A stretch of DNA of 64,000 bases from an uncultured Thermotogae bacterium (GTDB taxonomy: Bacteria; Bipolaricaulota; Bipolaricaulia; UBA7950; UBA9294). Positions 33,130-42,228 of this stretch are shown here, in pieces (positions within the stretch are counted from its first letter, which is position 1; each line of letters starts with the position of its first letter). Location of the stretch: assembly GCA_964523545.1 (NCBI GenBank), contig CAZFZM010000005.1, forward strand, positions 31,805 through 95,804. Reading direction: 5' to 3'. The position numbers and the translations under genes are program-made. The notes under the pieces are model-generated. The model was not told the origin of the DNA and made no database searches. It saw only the letters and a program-made list of their open reading frames with translations.

Positions 33130-36069
33130 CTAGTCGCTTCGTCGCTCCGGGCAAATCGCGGCGTACGCACAGTAGCGGCACGCCTGGTAGATCGGCCGCC
33201 CCGGGAACGACGCCGAACGGATACCCGTGGCGGCGCGCTCCATGTCGGCCACGGCGCGCTCGATCGTCTTCTCCGAAGGCACCGCCCTTCCGACGACGAT
33301 CTCCGGTGTGAGGAAGCGAAGCTCGACCGACGCCGGAAGCTCGCCGAACAGCTGCCGATAGGCGAGCGCGTAGAGGGCGAGCTGGAGGCTATCCCTCGTC
33401 CGCTTCGTCGCCTGCTCCTCCGTTCGAACGTCCGACGTCTTGTAGTCGATGATCGTCCCGCCCGAGCCGTCGTCGGAGAGGTCGATCCGATCGAAGATCC
33501 CGACGAGGCGGATCCCGTCGAGCACCAGGGAGAAGCGTCGCTCGACGTACGTTGGGGCGCGTCCCTCCCGGCGCTCGTACGCCCGGAACGCCTCGAGCGC
33601 CCTCACCCCCTCCTGGAAGCGGAGCTCCTCATGGTCCGGCGTGAGGAAGCCCTCCGATTGCCAGTGCTTCCGGAAGATCTCGCGAAGGTCTGCGAGAGGG
33701 GTTTCCCGCCCGGAGAGCCGGTTCAGGTGATAGAACCGGATCGCTTGGTGGATTGCGTTCCCGTAGATGACGGTGTGGTGCTGGCGGATCGGGACCCGGA
33801 GGACGTGGACGTAGCGGTACTTCAGCGGGCACGTCAGGTAGTCGTCGATCTTGCGATGGCTCAGCGGCAGGATCTCGTCTCCTCGGGGAAAGAGTTCCAG
33901 ATCGGCGGCCTCGCCCGTTTTCGGTCCGACGCTCTTGGCGTGTCGTGTGATCCTCGATAGCGGAGATCGGCGCTGGGGTGTGAGCTGCGACGCGTCGATG
34001 TCGAGCGCCTCGGAGACGAACAGGCTCGGCTTCCGGGGACGCTTCCCACCGTAGTCCTGGCCGCTGGTCAGGTAGACGTCCTCCTTCGCGCGCGTCATCC
34101 CAACGTAGAACAGACGCCGCTCCTCCTGTCGGTGGAAGTCCGAGCCGGAGACGAGGTCCTTGACCAGCTCGTCGGGGAGCGGGATCGGGTCGCGCCGATG
34201 GGAAGACGGAAAGCGCCCGGAGACGAGACCGACGAGGAAGACGACCGGGAACTCGAGCCCTTTCGCCTGGTGGATCGTCAGGACGTTGACCGCGTCGGCG
34301 TCCCACTGCGCGTCACCGACGGGCGGGTTGTCCCCGGCCTCGATCAGCGCGTCGAGGTAGTCGATGAACCAGGCGACGCGATCGTAGCGCGTCACGCGGG
34401 AGAAGCGCTCGACGATCGAGAACAGCTTGGCCAGGTTCTGGATCCGCTGAGCGTCGCGGGGCGAATCGGAATTGGACAGTCGCTCGATCGTCCCGGTCTG
34501 GGTCGAGAGGTAGCGGTAGAGGAGGTCCCCGGTTCGCTCCTGGGTCGACAGAGGGTACATTGCGTCGAGGTCGCCGAGGAGACCGACGATCCGCTCGCGC
34601 CCCTCCTCCGAGATATCGAGGAAGCCGGGCGTCTTGGCGGCGATGCGCAGCACCTGGAGGAGCCCTTTGTTCTGCCGCCGCGCGAGGCCGGTTGCCGCGG
34701 CGAGCGCCTCGGCCGGGACGTCGTACGGCGGCGACCCGGCGAGGTGATGGAGCGACATCGTGTCCCGCGGATCGGAGAGGACGCGGAGGAACGCAATCGC
34801 CGAGCGGATCTCCTCTTGGTCGTACAGGCCGCGGCTTCCTGAGAAGCGCCACGGAATCTGAAGGAGGCTGAGCGCTCGGAGGAACGACTCGGCCTGCGCG
34901 TTGCTCCGGACGAGGACGGCGAAATCGCTCAGGCGTCGGTCTTCGTCCTCCAGCCTCCGTGCGATCGTCTCGGCGACGAAGTCGCACTCCTCCTCGAGGG
35001 TCTCGAAGTGAAGCTGCTGTGGCGGACGTCCTTTCGGACCGACCGCGCGGAGGCGCTTGTTGATTCGGGAGCGGACCTCGAGACGGTCGGGGTTGTTGTG
35101 CTGGATCAGGCGGTAGGCCGAGTCGAGGATCGCCTGGGTCGATCGGTAGTTCCGTTCGAGGACGACCAGTTCGGCGTCGGGGTACGCGGCTTGGAAGCCG
35201 AGGATGTTGCTGATCGCGGCGCCGCGGAACTTGTAGATCGACTGGTCGTCGTCGCCGCAGACGGTCAGGTTACGGTGGCTGGCGAGGAGCTTCAACAGCT
35301 CGAACTGGGCGTAGTTGGTGTCCTGGAACTCGTCGACGAGGACGTAGGAGAATCGGTCGCGGTAGCGCTGCAGCGCCGTCGGATGCTCGCGGAACAGCCG
35401 AAGCGTCAGCGCGATCAGGTCTCCGAAGTCGACGAAGCCGTGCTCGATGAGGAGGTCCTGGTAGGCGGCGTACGCCGTTGCGAGTTCGTCCTGTGCGGCT
35501 GCCTCCTCGACCATGAGCCGCCCCTCGTCCGTTTCCGCCTCGGCCCGTTTCGCCGATTCGAGGAGGCAATCGGCGTGTTCCCGGTATTCCGCCGGCGTGA
35601 CATCCTCGTCCTTGGCGCGGGAGAAGAGCGTGAGGAGCGCGCGGAGGTGACGCATCGGGTTTCCGAGTGGGCGGTAGCGAGCGAGCGGAAGGTCGAACAG
35701 ATGGTCCTTCAGAAAGATCGCCTGCTCGGCCTCGGTCAGGATCCGGTAGTCGGGTGACAGACCGAGAAGAACGGCGTTCTCGCGCAAGACACGGTCGCAG
35801 AACGCGTGAAACGTCCCGATCTGCGCCTCAACGTAGCCGTACGGAACGAGGACGTCGACCCGTTCCTCCATTTCGGCGGCGGCCTTCTCGGTGAACGTCA
35901 GGGCGAGGATCTCGGCCGGAAGGGCCTTCTTCTCGGCGATCAGCCAAGCGATCCGGCGGGTGATGACCGTCGTCTTGCCCGTTCCCACGCCGGCGACGAT
36001 GAGGAGTGGACCCTCGCCGAAGGTGACGGCGGCGCGCTGCTGCGGGTTGAGATCGGAGAGCGGATCCAT
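33130..36069 (-). CDS. UvrD/PcrA-type SF1 helicase fused to C-terminal PD-(D/E)XK (Cas4/AddB-like, Cys-cluster) nuclease
   Basis: LNPQQRAAV, Walker A AGVGTGKTT, VDEFQDTN, and the helicase C-terminal motifs. The C-terminus has IIDYKTS (nuclease motif) and Cys residues TCP...CRYCAYAAIC. I prefer ATG 36069 over 36105; see the -10 box at 36077..36082. Confidence 0.85.
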   Translation of the reverse strand: MDPLSDLNPQQRAAVTFGEGPLLIVAGVGTGKTTVITRRIAWLIAEKKALPAEILALTFTEKAAAEMEERVDVLVPYGYVEAQIGTFHAFCDRVLRENAVLLGLSPDYRILTEAEQAIFLKDHLFDLPLARYRPLGNPMRHLRALLTLFSRAKDEDVTPAEYREHADCLLESAKRAEAETDEGRLMVEEAAAQDELATAYAAYQDLLIEHGFVDFGDLIALTLRLFREHPTALQRYRDRFSYVLVDEFQDTNYAQFELLKLLASHRNLTVCGDDDQSIYKFRGAAISNILGFQAAYPDAELVVLERNYRSTQAILDSAYRLIQHNNPDRLEVRSRINKRLRAVGPKGRPPQQLHFETLEEECDFVAETIARRLEDEDRRLSDFAVLVRSNAQAESFLRALSLLQIPWRFSGSRGLYDQEEIRSAIAFLRVLSDPRDTMSLHHLAGSPPYDVPAEALAAATGLARRQNKGLLQVLRIAAKTPGFLDISEEGRERIVGLLGDLDAMYPLSTQERTGDLLYRYLSTQTGTIERLSNSDSPRDAQRIQNLAKLFSIVERFSRVTRYDRVAWFIDYLDALIEAGDNPPVGDAQWDADAVNVLTIHQAKGLEFPVVFLVGLVSGRFPSSHRRDPIPLPDELVKDLVSGSDFHRQEERRLFYVGMTRAKEDVYLTSGQDYGGKRPRKPSLFVSEALDIDASQLTPQRRSPLSRITRHAKSVGPKTGEAADLELFPRGDEILPLSHRKIDDYLTCPLKYRYVHVLRVPIRQHHTVIYGNAIHQAIRFYHLNRLSGRETPLADLREIFRKHWQSEGFLTPDHEELRFQEGVRALEAFRAYERREGRAPTYVERRFSLVLDGIRLVGIFDRIDLSDDGSGGTIIDYKTSDVRTEEQATKRTRDSLQLALYALAYRQLFGELPASVELRFLTPEIVVGRAVPSEKTIERAVADMERAATGIRSASFPGRPIYQACRYCAYAAICPERRSD

Positions 36070-36076
36070 GGGAACG

Positions 36077-36082
36077 AGTATA
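36077..36082 (-). promoter_or_regulatory. TATACT -10-like box 7 nt upstream of the helicase ATG 36069
   Basis: Read directly from the sequence. The -35 is weak or unclear and there is no SD. Confidence 0.3.
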
Positions 36083-36152
36083 GGGAAAGGCCGTGCAGTG
36101 GGCACACAAGCGGAGGCTCCGGTTCCGATCGGCGGCCGGAGCCGAATGAAAT

Positions 36153-36175
36153 AGGGGAGGCCGTCGGCCTCCCCT
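36153..36175 (-). terminator. intrinsic terminator candidate after hup
   Basis: Perfect 10-bp stem aggggaggcc-gtc-ggcctcccct. On the minus strand it is followed by AUUUCAUU. Confidence 0.5.
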
Positions 36176-36232
36176 GCGATATCTCGAAGGCTACTCGGTC
36201 GAGTAGCTAGGGCGATTCTCTAGACCAGCCCC

Positions 36233-36511
36233 CTACTTCTTGGCGACGAGCTCCTTCAGGTTCTTCCCCGCCTTGAACGCAGGAACGGTCTTCGCCGGAG
36301 TCTTGATCCGCTGCCCGGTCTGCGGGTTCATGCGGGTCGTGGCCTTTCGCTTCCGGGTCTCGAACTTCCCGAATCCGGTGATGATGACCGGTTCGTTCTT
36401 CGCCAGCGCAGCCGTCACCACGTCGACCACGCCGTCCAACGCCGCGCGGGCGTCCTTCTTCGTCAGCCCCGTCTTCTTCGCCAGCTTCTCGACCAGCTCT
36501 GCCTTGTTCAC
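36233..36511 (-). CDS. hup: DNA-binding protein HU
   Basis: GTG at 36511 lies 5 nt after AAGGGGG. (M)NKAELVEKLAKKTGLTKKDARAALDGVVDVV...GFGKFETRKR...RNPQTG..I.IPA..VP.FKAGK is canonical HU. Confidence 0.9.
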   Translation of the reverse strand: MNKAELVEKLAKKTGLTKKDARAALDGVVDVVTAALAKNEPVIITGFGKFETRKRKATTRMNPQTGQRIKTPAKTVPAFKAGKNLKELVAKK

Positions 36512-36545
36512 GTCTACCCCCTTGGGTTTAGAGAATCTGGCGCCC

Positions 36546-36574
36546 AGTATAGCAACGAGGGTGCGGCTTGCCAA
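36546..36574 (-). promoter_or_regulatory. putative promoter TTGGCA-N17-TATACT for hup
   Basis: Reverse complement of tgccaa (36569..36574) and agtata (36546..36551). Confidence 0.55.
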
Positions 36575-36748
36575 GTCTGTACCGCAGACGGCGCGCGGCT
36601 TTGCTGCATTTGCGACAGCGAAATGCCGTTCTGTTGGGAATTTCGGCTCTTCACGGCCTTGGATTCTTTCCGCGTCGAACGACCGCAATTTCGGTCTGAA
36701 CTAGGGTAGCGGAGCGGTGGAGGCGCTGGTTCTACCTTGCGCGGTCGG

Positions 36749-38062
36749 CTAGCCGGCGTGCTTCTCGAACGCCTCGGCGAGGATGTCCATCCCCTCGTCG
36801 ATCTGCTCGTCGGTGATCACGAGCGAGACGAGGACCCGGAGGACGTTCCCGAGCAGACCCGCGGTCGGAAAGATCGCGCCGTTGCGAAGCGCCTCGTCGG
36901 CGATCCTCCCGGTCAGGTCCTTTGCCGGCTCCTTCGTCGCTCGATCCTGAACGAGCTCGATCCCGACCATCGCACCGAGACCGCGGACGTCGCCGATCGC
37001 GTCGAATCGCTGGCGGAGATCTTCGAAGCGTCCCTTCAGCCGCTCGCCGATGTGGACCGCCCGCGCGAGAAGACCCTCCTCGTCGATCCCTCGGATTACC
37101 TCGATCGCGGCCCGGCAGGCGAGCGGGTTCCCGGCGTAGGTGCCGCCGATCGCACTGGCGATCGGCGCGTCCATGATCTCCGACCGGCCGACGACGCCGG
37201 AGAGCGGGAGGCCCGAGCCGAGCGACTTGGCGACGCAGACGAGGTCCGGCTGGACGCCGAAGTGCTCGAACGCGAAGAACCTGCCCGTCCGCCCGATTCC
37301 CGACTGAACCTCGTCGCAGGCGAGGACGAACCCGTACTTGTCGGCCAGCTCGCGCATCGCCGGGAGGAACCAGGCCGGCGGGACGAGGAAGCCGCCCTCG
37401 CCGATCAGTGGCTCGACGACCATCACTGCGACCTCGGAGGGGTCGACGAGCGCGAGAAGGGCCGCTTCGATCTCGGCCGCCGTCACCGTCTTCCGGTACT
37501 CGTACGGGTACGGGAGCCGGTAGACGTCGGGGGCGAAGGGACCGAACCCGTACTTGTACGGCTTCGCCTTGTGGGTCATCGTCATCGCGAGCAGCGTCCG
37601 CCCGTGGAAAGCGTTCTCGAAGACGAGGACGGCCTTCCGCTTGGTGTAGGCTCGGGCGATCTTGACGGCGTTCTCCACCGCCTCGGCCCCGCTGTTGAAG
37701 AACGCGGCCTTCAGGTCGCCGTCGATCGCCGTGTGCTCGCACAACAGCTTCGCGAGCTCGATGAACGGCGCGTACGGAACGGCAGTGAAATCGGTGTGCA
37801 GGTAGCCGTCGATCTGCTCCCGCAGCGCCCGGACGACCCGCTCGCTGCGCTGCCCGAGCGCGAGGCATCCCCAGCCGCCGGTGAAGTCGATGAATCGATT
37901 CCCGTCGAGGTCCTCGATGATCGCCCCCTCGCTGCGCTTGATGATGAACGGGGCGTAGGTCACGAGCGGCGCGGCGACGTACTTCGCCTTGGTGGCGAAG
38001 ACGGCGGCCGACTTGGGGCCGGGAAGCTCCGTCTGGATCCGGGTGAAGCGGCGTTCGATCAT
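36749..38062 (-). CDS. class III PLP-dependent aminotransferase (4-aminobutyrate aminotransferase-like)
   Basis: 437 aa. FFNSGAEAVE, DEVQSGIGRTG and the Lys-containing VAKSLG.G.P motif. GGAGGA lies upstream. Confidence 0.9.
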   Translation of the reverse strand: MIERRFTRIQTELPGPKSAAVFATKAKYVAAPLVTYAPFIIKRSEGAIIEDLDGNRFIDFTGGWGCLALGQRSERVVRALREQIDGYLHTDFTAVPYAPFIELAKLLCEHTAIDGDLKAAFFNSGAEAVENAVKIARAYTKRKAVLVFENAFHGRTLLAMTMTHKAKPYKYGFGPFAPDVYRLPYPYEYRKTVTAAEIEAALLALVDPSEVAVMVVEPLIGEGGFLVPPAWFLPAMRELADKYGFVLACDEVQSGIGRTGRFFAFEHFGVQPDLVCVAKSLGSGLPLSGVVGRSEIMDAPIASAIGGTYAGNPLACRAAIEVIRGIDEEGLLARAVHIGERLKGRFEDLRQRFDAIGDVRGLGAMVGIELVQDRATKEPAKDLTGRIADEALRNGAIFPTAGLLGNVLRVLVSLVITDEQIDEGMDILAEAFEKHAG

Positions 38063-38138
38063 CGTTCCTCCTGAGGCCGGCGGATGAAGTCGGCGGATGG
38101 TACCGGATCGGGAAGGACGCCTTCAACGAGGTCGCCGC

Positions 38139-38987
38139 TCAGTCGACGGAGTAGATCCGGCCGGGCGGGACGAGGGTCACCTTGAAGTCGAGGCCTTCGT
38201 ATTGGCCGCTCGCCGCCTCGATCTCGCGCAGCTTCGCCTTGTACCGGCTCGAGATGTGGACGCAGAGGAGCTCCTTCTTCACCCGAGCCTCGCGGGCGCA
38301 GGCGATCGCCTCGGCCAGCGTCGCGTGCTTGTACTCCTTGCGGTCCTCCTCGTCGAGGAACGTCGTGTCGTGGCAGAGGATCTCCGTGTCGGTGACGTAG
38401 GCCGGCTTGATCGCGACCGAATCCCCGCCGTAGGAGAAGAGCTTCTGATCGTAGTACTCGGTGATCGACTCCTTCCCCTCGGCCTTGACGCGGGCGACGA
38501 TCTCCTCCTCGGGGGCGCCGGCCAGCTCGGGCTTCAGGCGATGGCGGACCTCGACGACGTTGTACCCAAGCGAGACCTCGTTGTGCACGTGGACCGTCGG
38601 AAACGCCTCGACGTAGCGAGGGAGCTGTCCGGCGAGGAGCTCGACCCGGTCCCCCGGCTCGAGCGGGACCCATTCCAGCGGGTAGCTGAGGCGGCGATTC
38701 GTCCGGGCGATGAAGCTCATCATCTCGGTGACGAGGTAGTTCCCCTTCGGGTAGTAGACGGTCAGCTCCTTCTCCCGGTCGCCCATCGCGTTGTTGCGGA
38801 TGTTGATCAGCCCGACCAAGCCGCCGATGTGGTCGGCGTGACCGTGGGAGAGAAAGACGCGTCGGACGGCGAACGCCTTGTTCCCGAGGATCGAGCTGGC
38901 GCCCTCCCCGGCGTCGAACAGGATGCGGTCGGCGCTGTAATAGATCCACGTGGAGTACAACCCCTTCGAATACATCAGCAGCCGCAT
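38139..38987 (-). CDS. MBL-fold metallo-hydrolase (RNase Z/ElaC-like)
   Basis: ATG at 38987 follows GGAGGA. HGHADH (HxHxDH) motif in FLSHGHADHIGGL. Confidence 0.8.
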   Translation of the reverse strand: MRLLMYSKGLYSTWIYYSADRILFDAGEGASSILGNKAFAVRRVFLSHGHADHIGGLVGLINIRNNAMGDREKELTVYYPKGNYLVTEMMSFIARTNRRLSYPLEWVPLEPGDRVELLAGQLPRYVEAFPTVHVHNEVSLGYNVVEVRHRLKPELAGAPEEEIVARVKAEGKESITEYYDQKLFSYGGDSVAIKPAYVTDTEILCHDTTFLDEEDRKEYKHATLAEAIACAREARVKKELLCVHISSRYKAKLREIEAASGQYEGLDFKVTLVPPGRIYSVD

Positions 38988-39120
38988 GTCGTTCCTCCGT
39001 CCCACGGTCGGCCCCGATCCGCCGTGGAGTCCGACCGCACATTCGCGTCGGCGAACGGACAGTATACCCGGGGGGCGATCACGGGACATCGGATCAGAAC
39101 GGGATTGGAGTGCCGGACTG

Positions 39121-39149
39121 TTGCCGAGACCCGGTTCGTCTCCTAGAAT
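39121..39149 (+). promoter_or_regulatory. putative promoter TTGCCG-N17-TAGAAT for serS
   Basis: Read directly from the sequence. GGAGG at 39162..39166 precedes ATG 39173. Confidence 0.45.
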
Positions 39150-39172
39150 TCCACAGGGAATGGAGGCCGACA

Positions 39173-40432
39173 ATGCTCGACATCCGTGAGATCCGGGAGG
39201 ACCGGGAAGGGATCGAGGCGCAGCTCCGCACGCGCGATCCGTCGATCGACCTCGGCGAGATCGTCTCCCTCGACGAGGAGAGACGCCGATTGATCGGCGA
39301 GGTCGAGGAGCTGAAGGCGGAGCGGAACCGCGGCTCCCAGGAGGTCGGACGCCGCAAGCGGACCGGCGAGGAGGCCGGCGACCTCCTCTCCCGTCTGTCG
39401 GAGATCGCCGATCGGATCTCGGCGCTGGACGGCGAGCTTCGCGACGCGGAAGCGCGGATCGAGGAACGGCTCGACCTCCTTCCGAACCTCCCCCACGCGT
39501 CTGTGCCGGTCGGTGGGAAGGAGGCGAATCTCGTCCTCGGGACCGTCGGGGAGAAACCGGAGCCGGCCTTCCCGATCCGGCACCACCAGGAGATCGGCGA
39601 GGAGAAGGGGATCCTCGACTTTCGTCGCGCCGCGACGATCGCCGGAGCGCGTTTCCCGATGTACGTCGGCGCCGCGGCGAGGCTCGAGATGGCGTTGATC
39701 CATTTCATGTTCTTCCACCACGTGGAACGCGGCTACGTCCCCGTCCTTCCGCCGTTCTTGGCGAACGCGACGAGCTTCTACGTGTCGTCCCAACTGCCGA
39801 AGTTCGCCGACGACGTCTACCGCATCGAACGGGACGACCTGTACCTGAACCCGACGGCGGAGAGCCTGCTCGTCAACCTGCATCGGGACGAGATCCTGGC
39901 GGGCGACGAGCTGCCGAAAAGCTACGTCGCCTACACGCCGTGCTTCCGCCGCGAGGCGGGAAGCTACGGCGAGGAGGAGCGCGGCCTGATCCGCGTGCAC
40001 CAGTTCAACAAGGTGGAGATGTTCAAGTTCACCACGCCCGAGGCGTCGTACGACGCACTGGAGACCCTGATCGCTGACGCCGAGTCGGTGCTCCAAGCGC
40101 TCGGCCTGCACTATCGGGTCGTCCTGCTGGCGACCGGAGACATGGCGCAACAGTCGAGCAAGACGATCGACCTCGAGGTCTACCTGCCTGGCCAGGGGCG
40201 GTACTACGAGGTCTCCTCCTGCTCCAACTGCGAGGCGTTCCAGGCACGGCGGGGGAACATCCGCTACCGTCCGGCGCCGAAGGAGAAGCCGGAGTTCGTC
40301 CACACCCTGAACGGCTCGGGGCTCGCCACCTCACGTCTGATGGCGGCGATTCTGGAGAACAATCAGACCGAGGACGGGCGCGTGCGCGTCCCCGAGGTGC
40401 TTCAAGAGGCGGTCGGAGCGGAGACGATATGA
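39173..40432 (+). CDS. serS: seryl-tRNA synthetase
   Basis: ATG at 39173 (MLDIREIRE...). Coiled-coil arm, class II motifs FRRE.G and GSGLA..R. Confidence 0.95.
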   Translation: MLDIREIREDREGIEAQLRTRDPSIDLGEIVSLDEERRRLIGEVEELKAERNRGSQEVGRRKRTGEEAGDLLSRLSEIADRISALDGELRDAEARIEERLDLLPNLPHASVPVGGKEANLVLGTVGEKPEPAFPIRHHQEIGEEKGILDFRRAATIAGARFPMYVGAAARLEMALIHFMFFHHVERGYVPVLPPFLANATSFYVSSQLPKFADDVYRIERDDLYLNPTAESLLVNLHRDEILAGDELPKSYVAYTPCFRREAGSYGEEERGLIRVHQFNKVEMFKFTTPEASYDALETLIADAESVLQALGLHYRVVLLATGDMAQQSSKTIDLEVYLPGQGRYYEVSSCSNCEAFQARRGNIRYRPAPKEKPEFVHTLNGSGLATSRLMAAILENNQTEDGRVRVPEVLQEAVGAETI

Positions 40433-41172
40433 GCGAGATTCTTGTCGCGGCGAAGGGGCTGACGAAGCGGTTCAACTCGCGGCGCGGGGCGATCGACGCC
40501 GCGGTCGACGTGTCGTTCGAGTGCCCCGCCGGTCAGATCTTCGGTCTTCTCGGTCCGAACGGCGCCGGGAAGACGACGACGCTGCGGATGCTGGCGACGA
40601 TCCTGACCCCGACCGAGGGCACGGCGGCGATCGCCGGGTTCGACGTTCGAACGCAGCCGGGCGAGGTTCGCGAGCGGATCGGCTTCCTCGCCACCGAAAC
40701 CGGCCTCTACGACCGGTTCACCGCTCGCGAGACGCTCCGCTTCTTCGGGCGGATCAACAACCTCACGTCCGAGGAGATCCGGAGTCGATCCGACGAGATC
40801 TTCGCCATGCTCGACATGAGCGAGCTCGCCGATCGTCGGGTCGGGACGTTCTCCACCGGGGAGAAACAGAAGCTCTCGCTCGCCCGGAGCATCCTGCACG
40901 ATCCGCCGGTGTTGATCCTCGACGAGCCGACGTTCGGTCTCGACGTCATGGCCGCGCGGACGGTCGTCGAGACGATCGGGCTGTTTCGGGAACAGGGCCG
41001 GACGATCATCCTCTCGACCCACATCATGCGGGTGGCGGAGAAGCTGTGCGATCGGATCGGGATCCTCTATCGCGGGCGGCTCCACGCCCTCGGGACGCTC
41101 GAGGAGCTGACCGATCGGTTCGGCGGAGAAGATCTGGAGGAGATCTTCTTCTCGGCCGTGGGACGGGAATAG
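40429..41172 (+). CDS. ABC transporter ATP-binding protein (NatA/NosF-like)
   Basis: 247 aa. Walker A GPNGAGKTT, signature FSTGEKQKL, Walker B LILDEP. ATGA overlap with serS. Confidence 0.9.
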   Translation: MSEILVAAKGLTKRFNSRRGAIDAAVDVSFECPAGQIFGLLGPNGAGKTTTLRMLATILTPTEGTAAIAGFDVRTQPGEVRERIGFLATETGLYDRFTARETLRFFGRINNLTSEEIRSRSDEIFAMLDMSELADRRVGTFSTGEKQKLSLARSILHDPPVLILDEPTFGLDVMAARTVVETIGLFREQGRTIILSTHIMRVAEKLCDRIGILYRGRLHALGTLEELTDRFGGEDLEEIFFSAVGRE

Positions 41173-41256
41173 CGCGGCCGAGGGTTCTCGATGCGCGGTG
41201 TACGTGCTATTCTGTGGGCCGCGAACGATGAAGACGAAAACGAGATCAAGGAGGCG

Positions 41257-42216
41257 ATGATGGGCAGGAAGGTCGCACTCACGACGGCGGCCGCGTTGGC
41301 CGTTGTGCTGTCGGTCGTCCTGATGGGGGGGGAGGTCGGAAAGGGACGGTTCTTCGAGCTGGGGAACCACGAGCCGATCTACATCTACGGCAACGACGGG
41401 TTCACGGTCGAGAACGGGGTCGTCTCGGGATGCGGGACCGTCGCGGCCCCCTACGTCATCGAAGGCTGGCAGATCGACGCGCCCAATGCGGACTACGGGA
41501 TCTACGTCGACCACACGACCGCCCACTTCGTCGTGCGGGACTGCACCGTCGAACGGGCGCGCCTCGCCGGCGTCTACTTCAACACCGTACGGAACGGACG
41601 GATCGAACGGTCGAAGATCGGACTGTCGGACACCGCCGTCTATCTGCTGAACTCAGCGGGGAACTCGTTCCGGCGGAACGTCGTCGCCGACAGCCTCTAC
41701 GGGATCGTGATGGGGGCCCGGTCGAAGGACAACGTCGTCGCGGGAAACGCCTTCCTCGGCAACGGGATGAACGGCTACGACCCGTACAACGACAACCTCT
41801 GGTCGGAGGACTGCCGGGGGAACTACTGGAGCGACTACACCGGGTCCGACCACGACGGGGACGGGATCGGTGACGTCCCGTACTACCGCGTCTACGACCC
41901 GAGACCGCTGATGACTCCGCCGGTCGACGAATGCGACGAGCCGGAGGCCGTCGTGGAAACCCCGATGGAAGAGCCTCCGGCGGTAGCGGGACCGGAGCCG
42001 ACAGAGCCCGAGCAACCGGCGACGGTGGAAGAAGTCGTGTCGGAGGCCGAATCGCCGGCGGAAGAAGAAGCGGCGGTGACGGAGCCGGTGGAGCCCGAGG
42101 AGACCTCGGCGATCGAGACGGACGCGTCGACCGAGCCCGTCCAGACCGGGTCGACGACCGTCGTGGAACCGGAGGCGGACGAGACCGCTCCGACGGACGA
42201 AGGCGCTGAGTTCTAA
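41257..42216 (+). CDS. membrane-anchored NosD-like right-handed beta-helix protein with acidic Pro/Glu/Thr-rich tail
   Basis: ATG 41257 or 41260 follows AAGGAGG. N-terminal TM. IYIYGNDGFT..NG..GCGT...PYVIEGW.I and GNYWSDYTGSDHDGDGIGDVPY match the NosD/periplasmic copper-binding beta-helix pattern. The last ~100 aa are low-complexity and acidic. Confidence 0.8.
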   Translation: MMGRKVALTTAAALAVVLSVVLMGGEVGKGRFFELGNHEPIYIYGNDGFTVENGVVSGCGTVAAPYVIEGWQIDAPNADYGIYVDHTTAHFVVRDCTVERARLAGVYFNTVRNGRIERSKIGLSDTAVYLLNSAGNSFRRNVVADSLYGIVMGARSKDNVVAGNAFLGNGMNGYDPYNDNLWSEDCRGNYWSDYTGSDHDGDGIGDVPYYRVYDPRPLMTPPVDECDEPEAVVETPMEEPPAVAGPEPTEPEQPATVEEVVSEAESPAEEEAAVTEPVEPEETSAIETDASTEPVQTGSTTVVEPEADETAPTDEGAEF

Positions 42217-42228
42217 AGCGCCGGCGCG

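Noticed and set aside
33130-36069. UvrD-like helicase-nuclease, considered as part of an anti-phage system (Gabija GajB-like or similar).
   Set aside because: There is no adjacent ATPase/TOPRIM (GajA-like) or other defence partner. The flanks are rsfS and hup. The architecture fits a DNA-repair helicase-nuclease.
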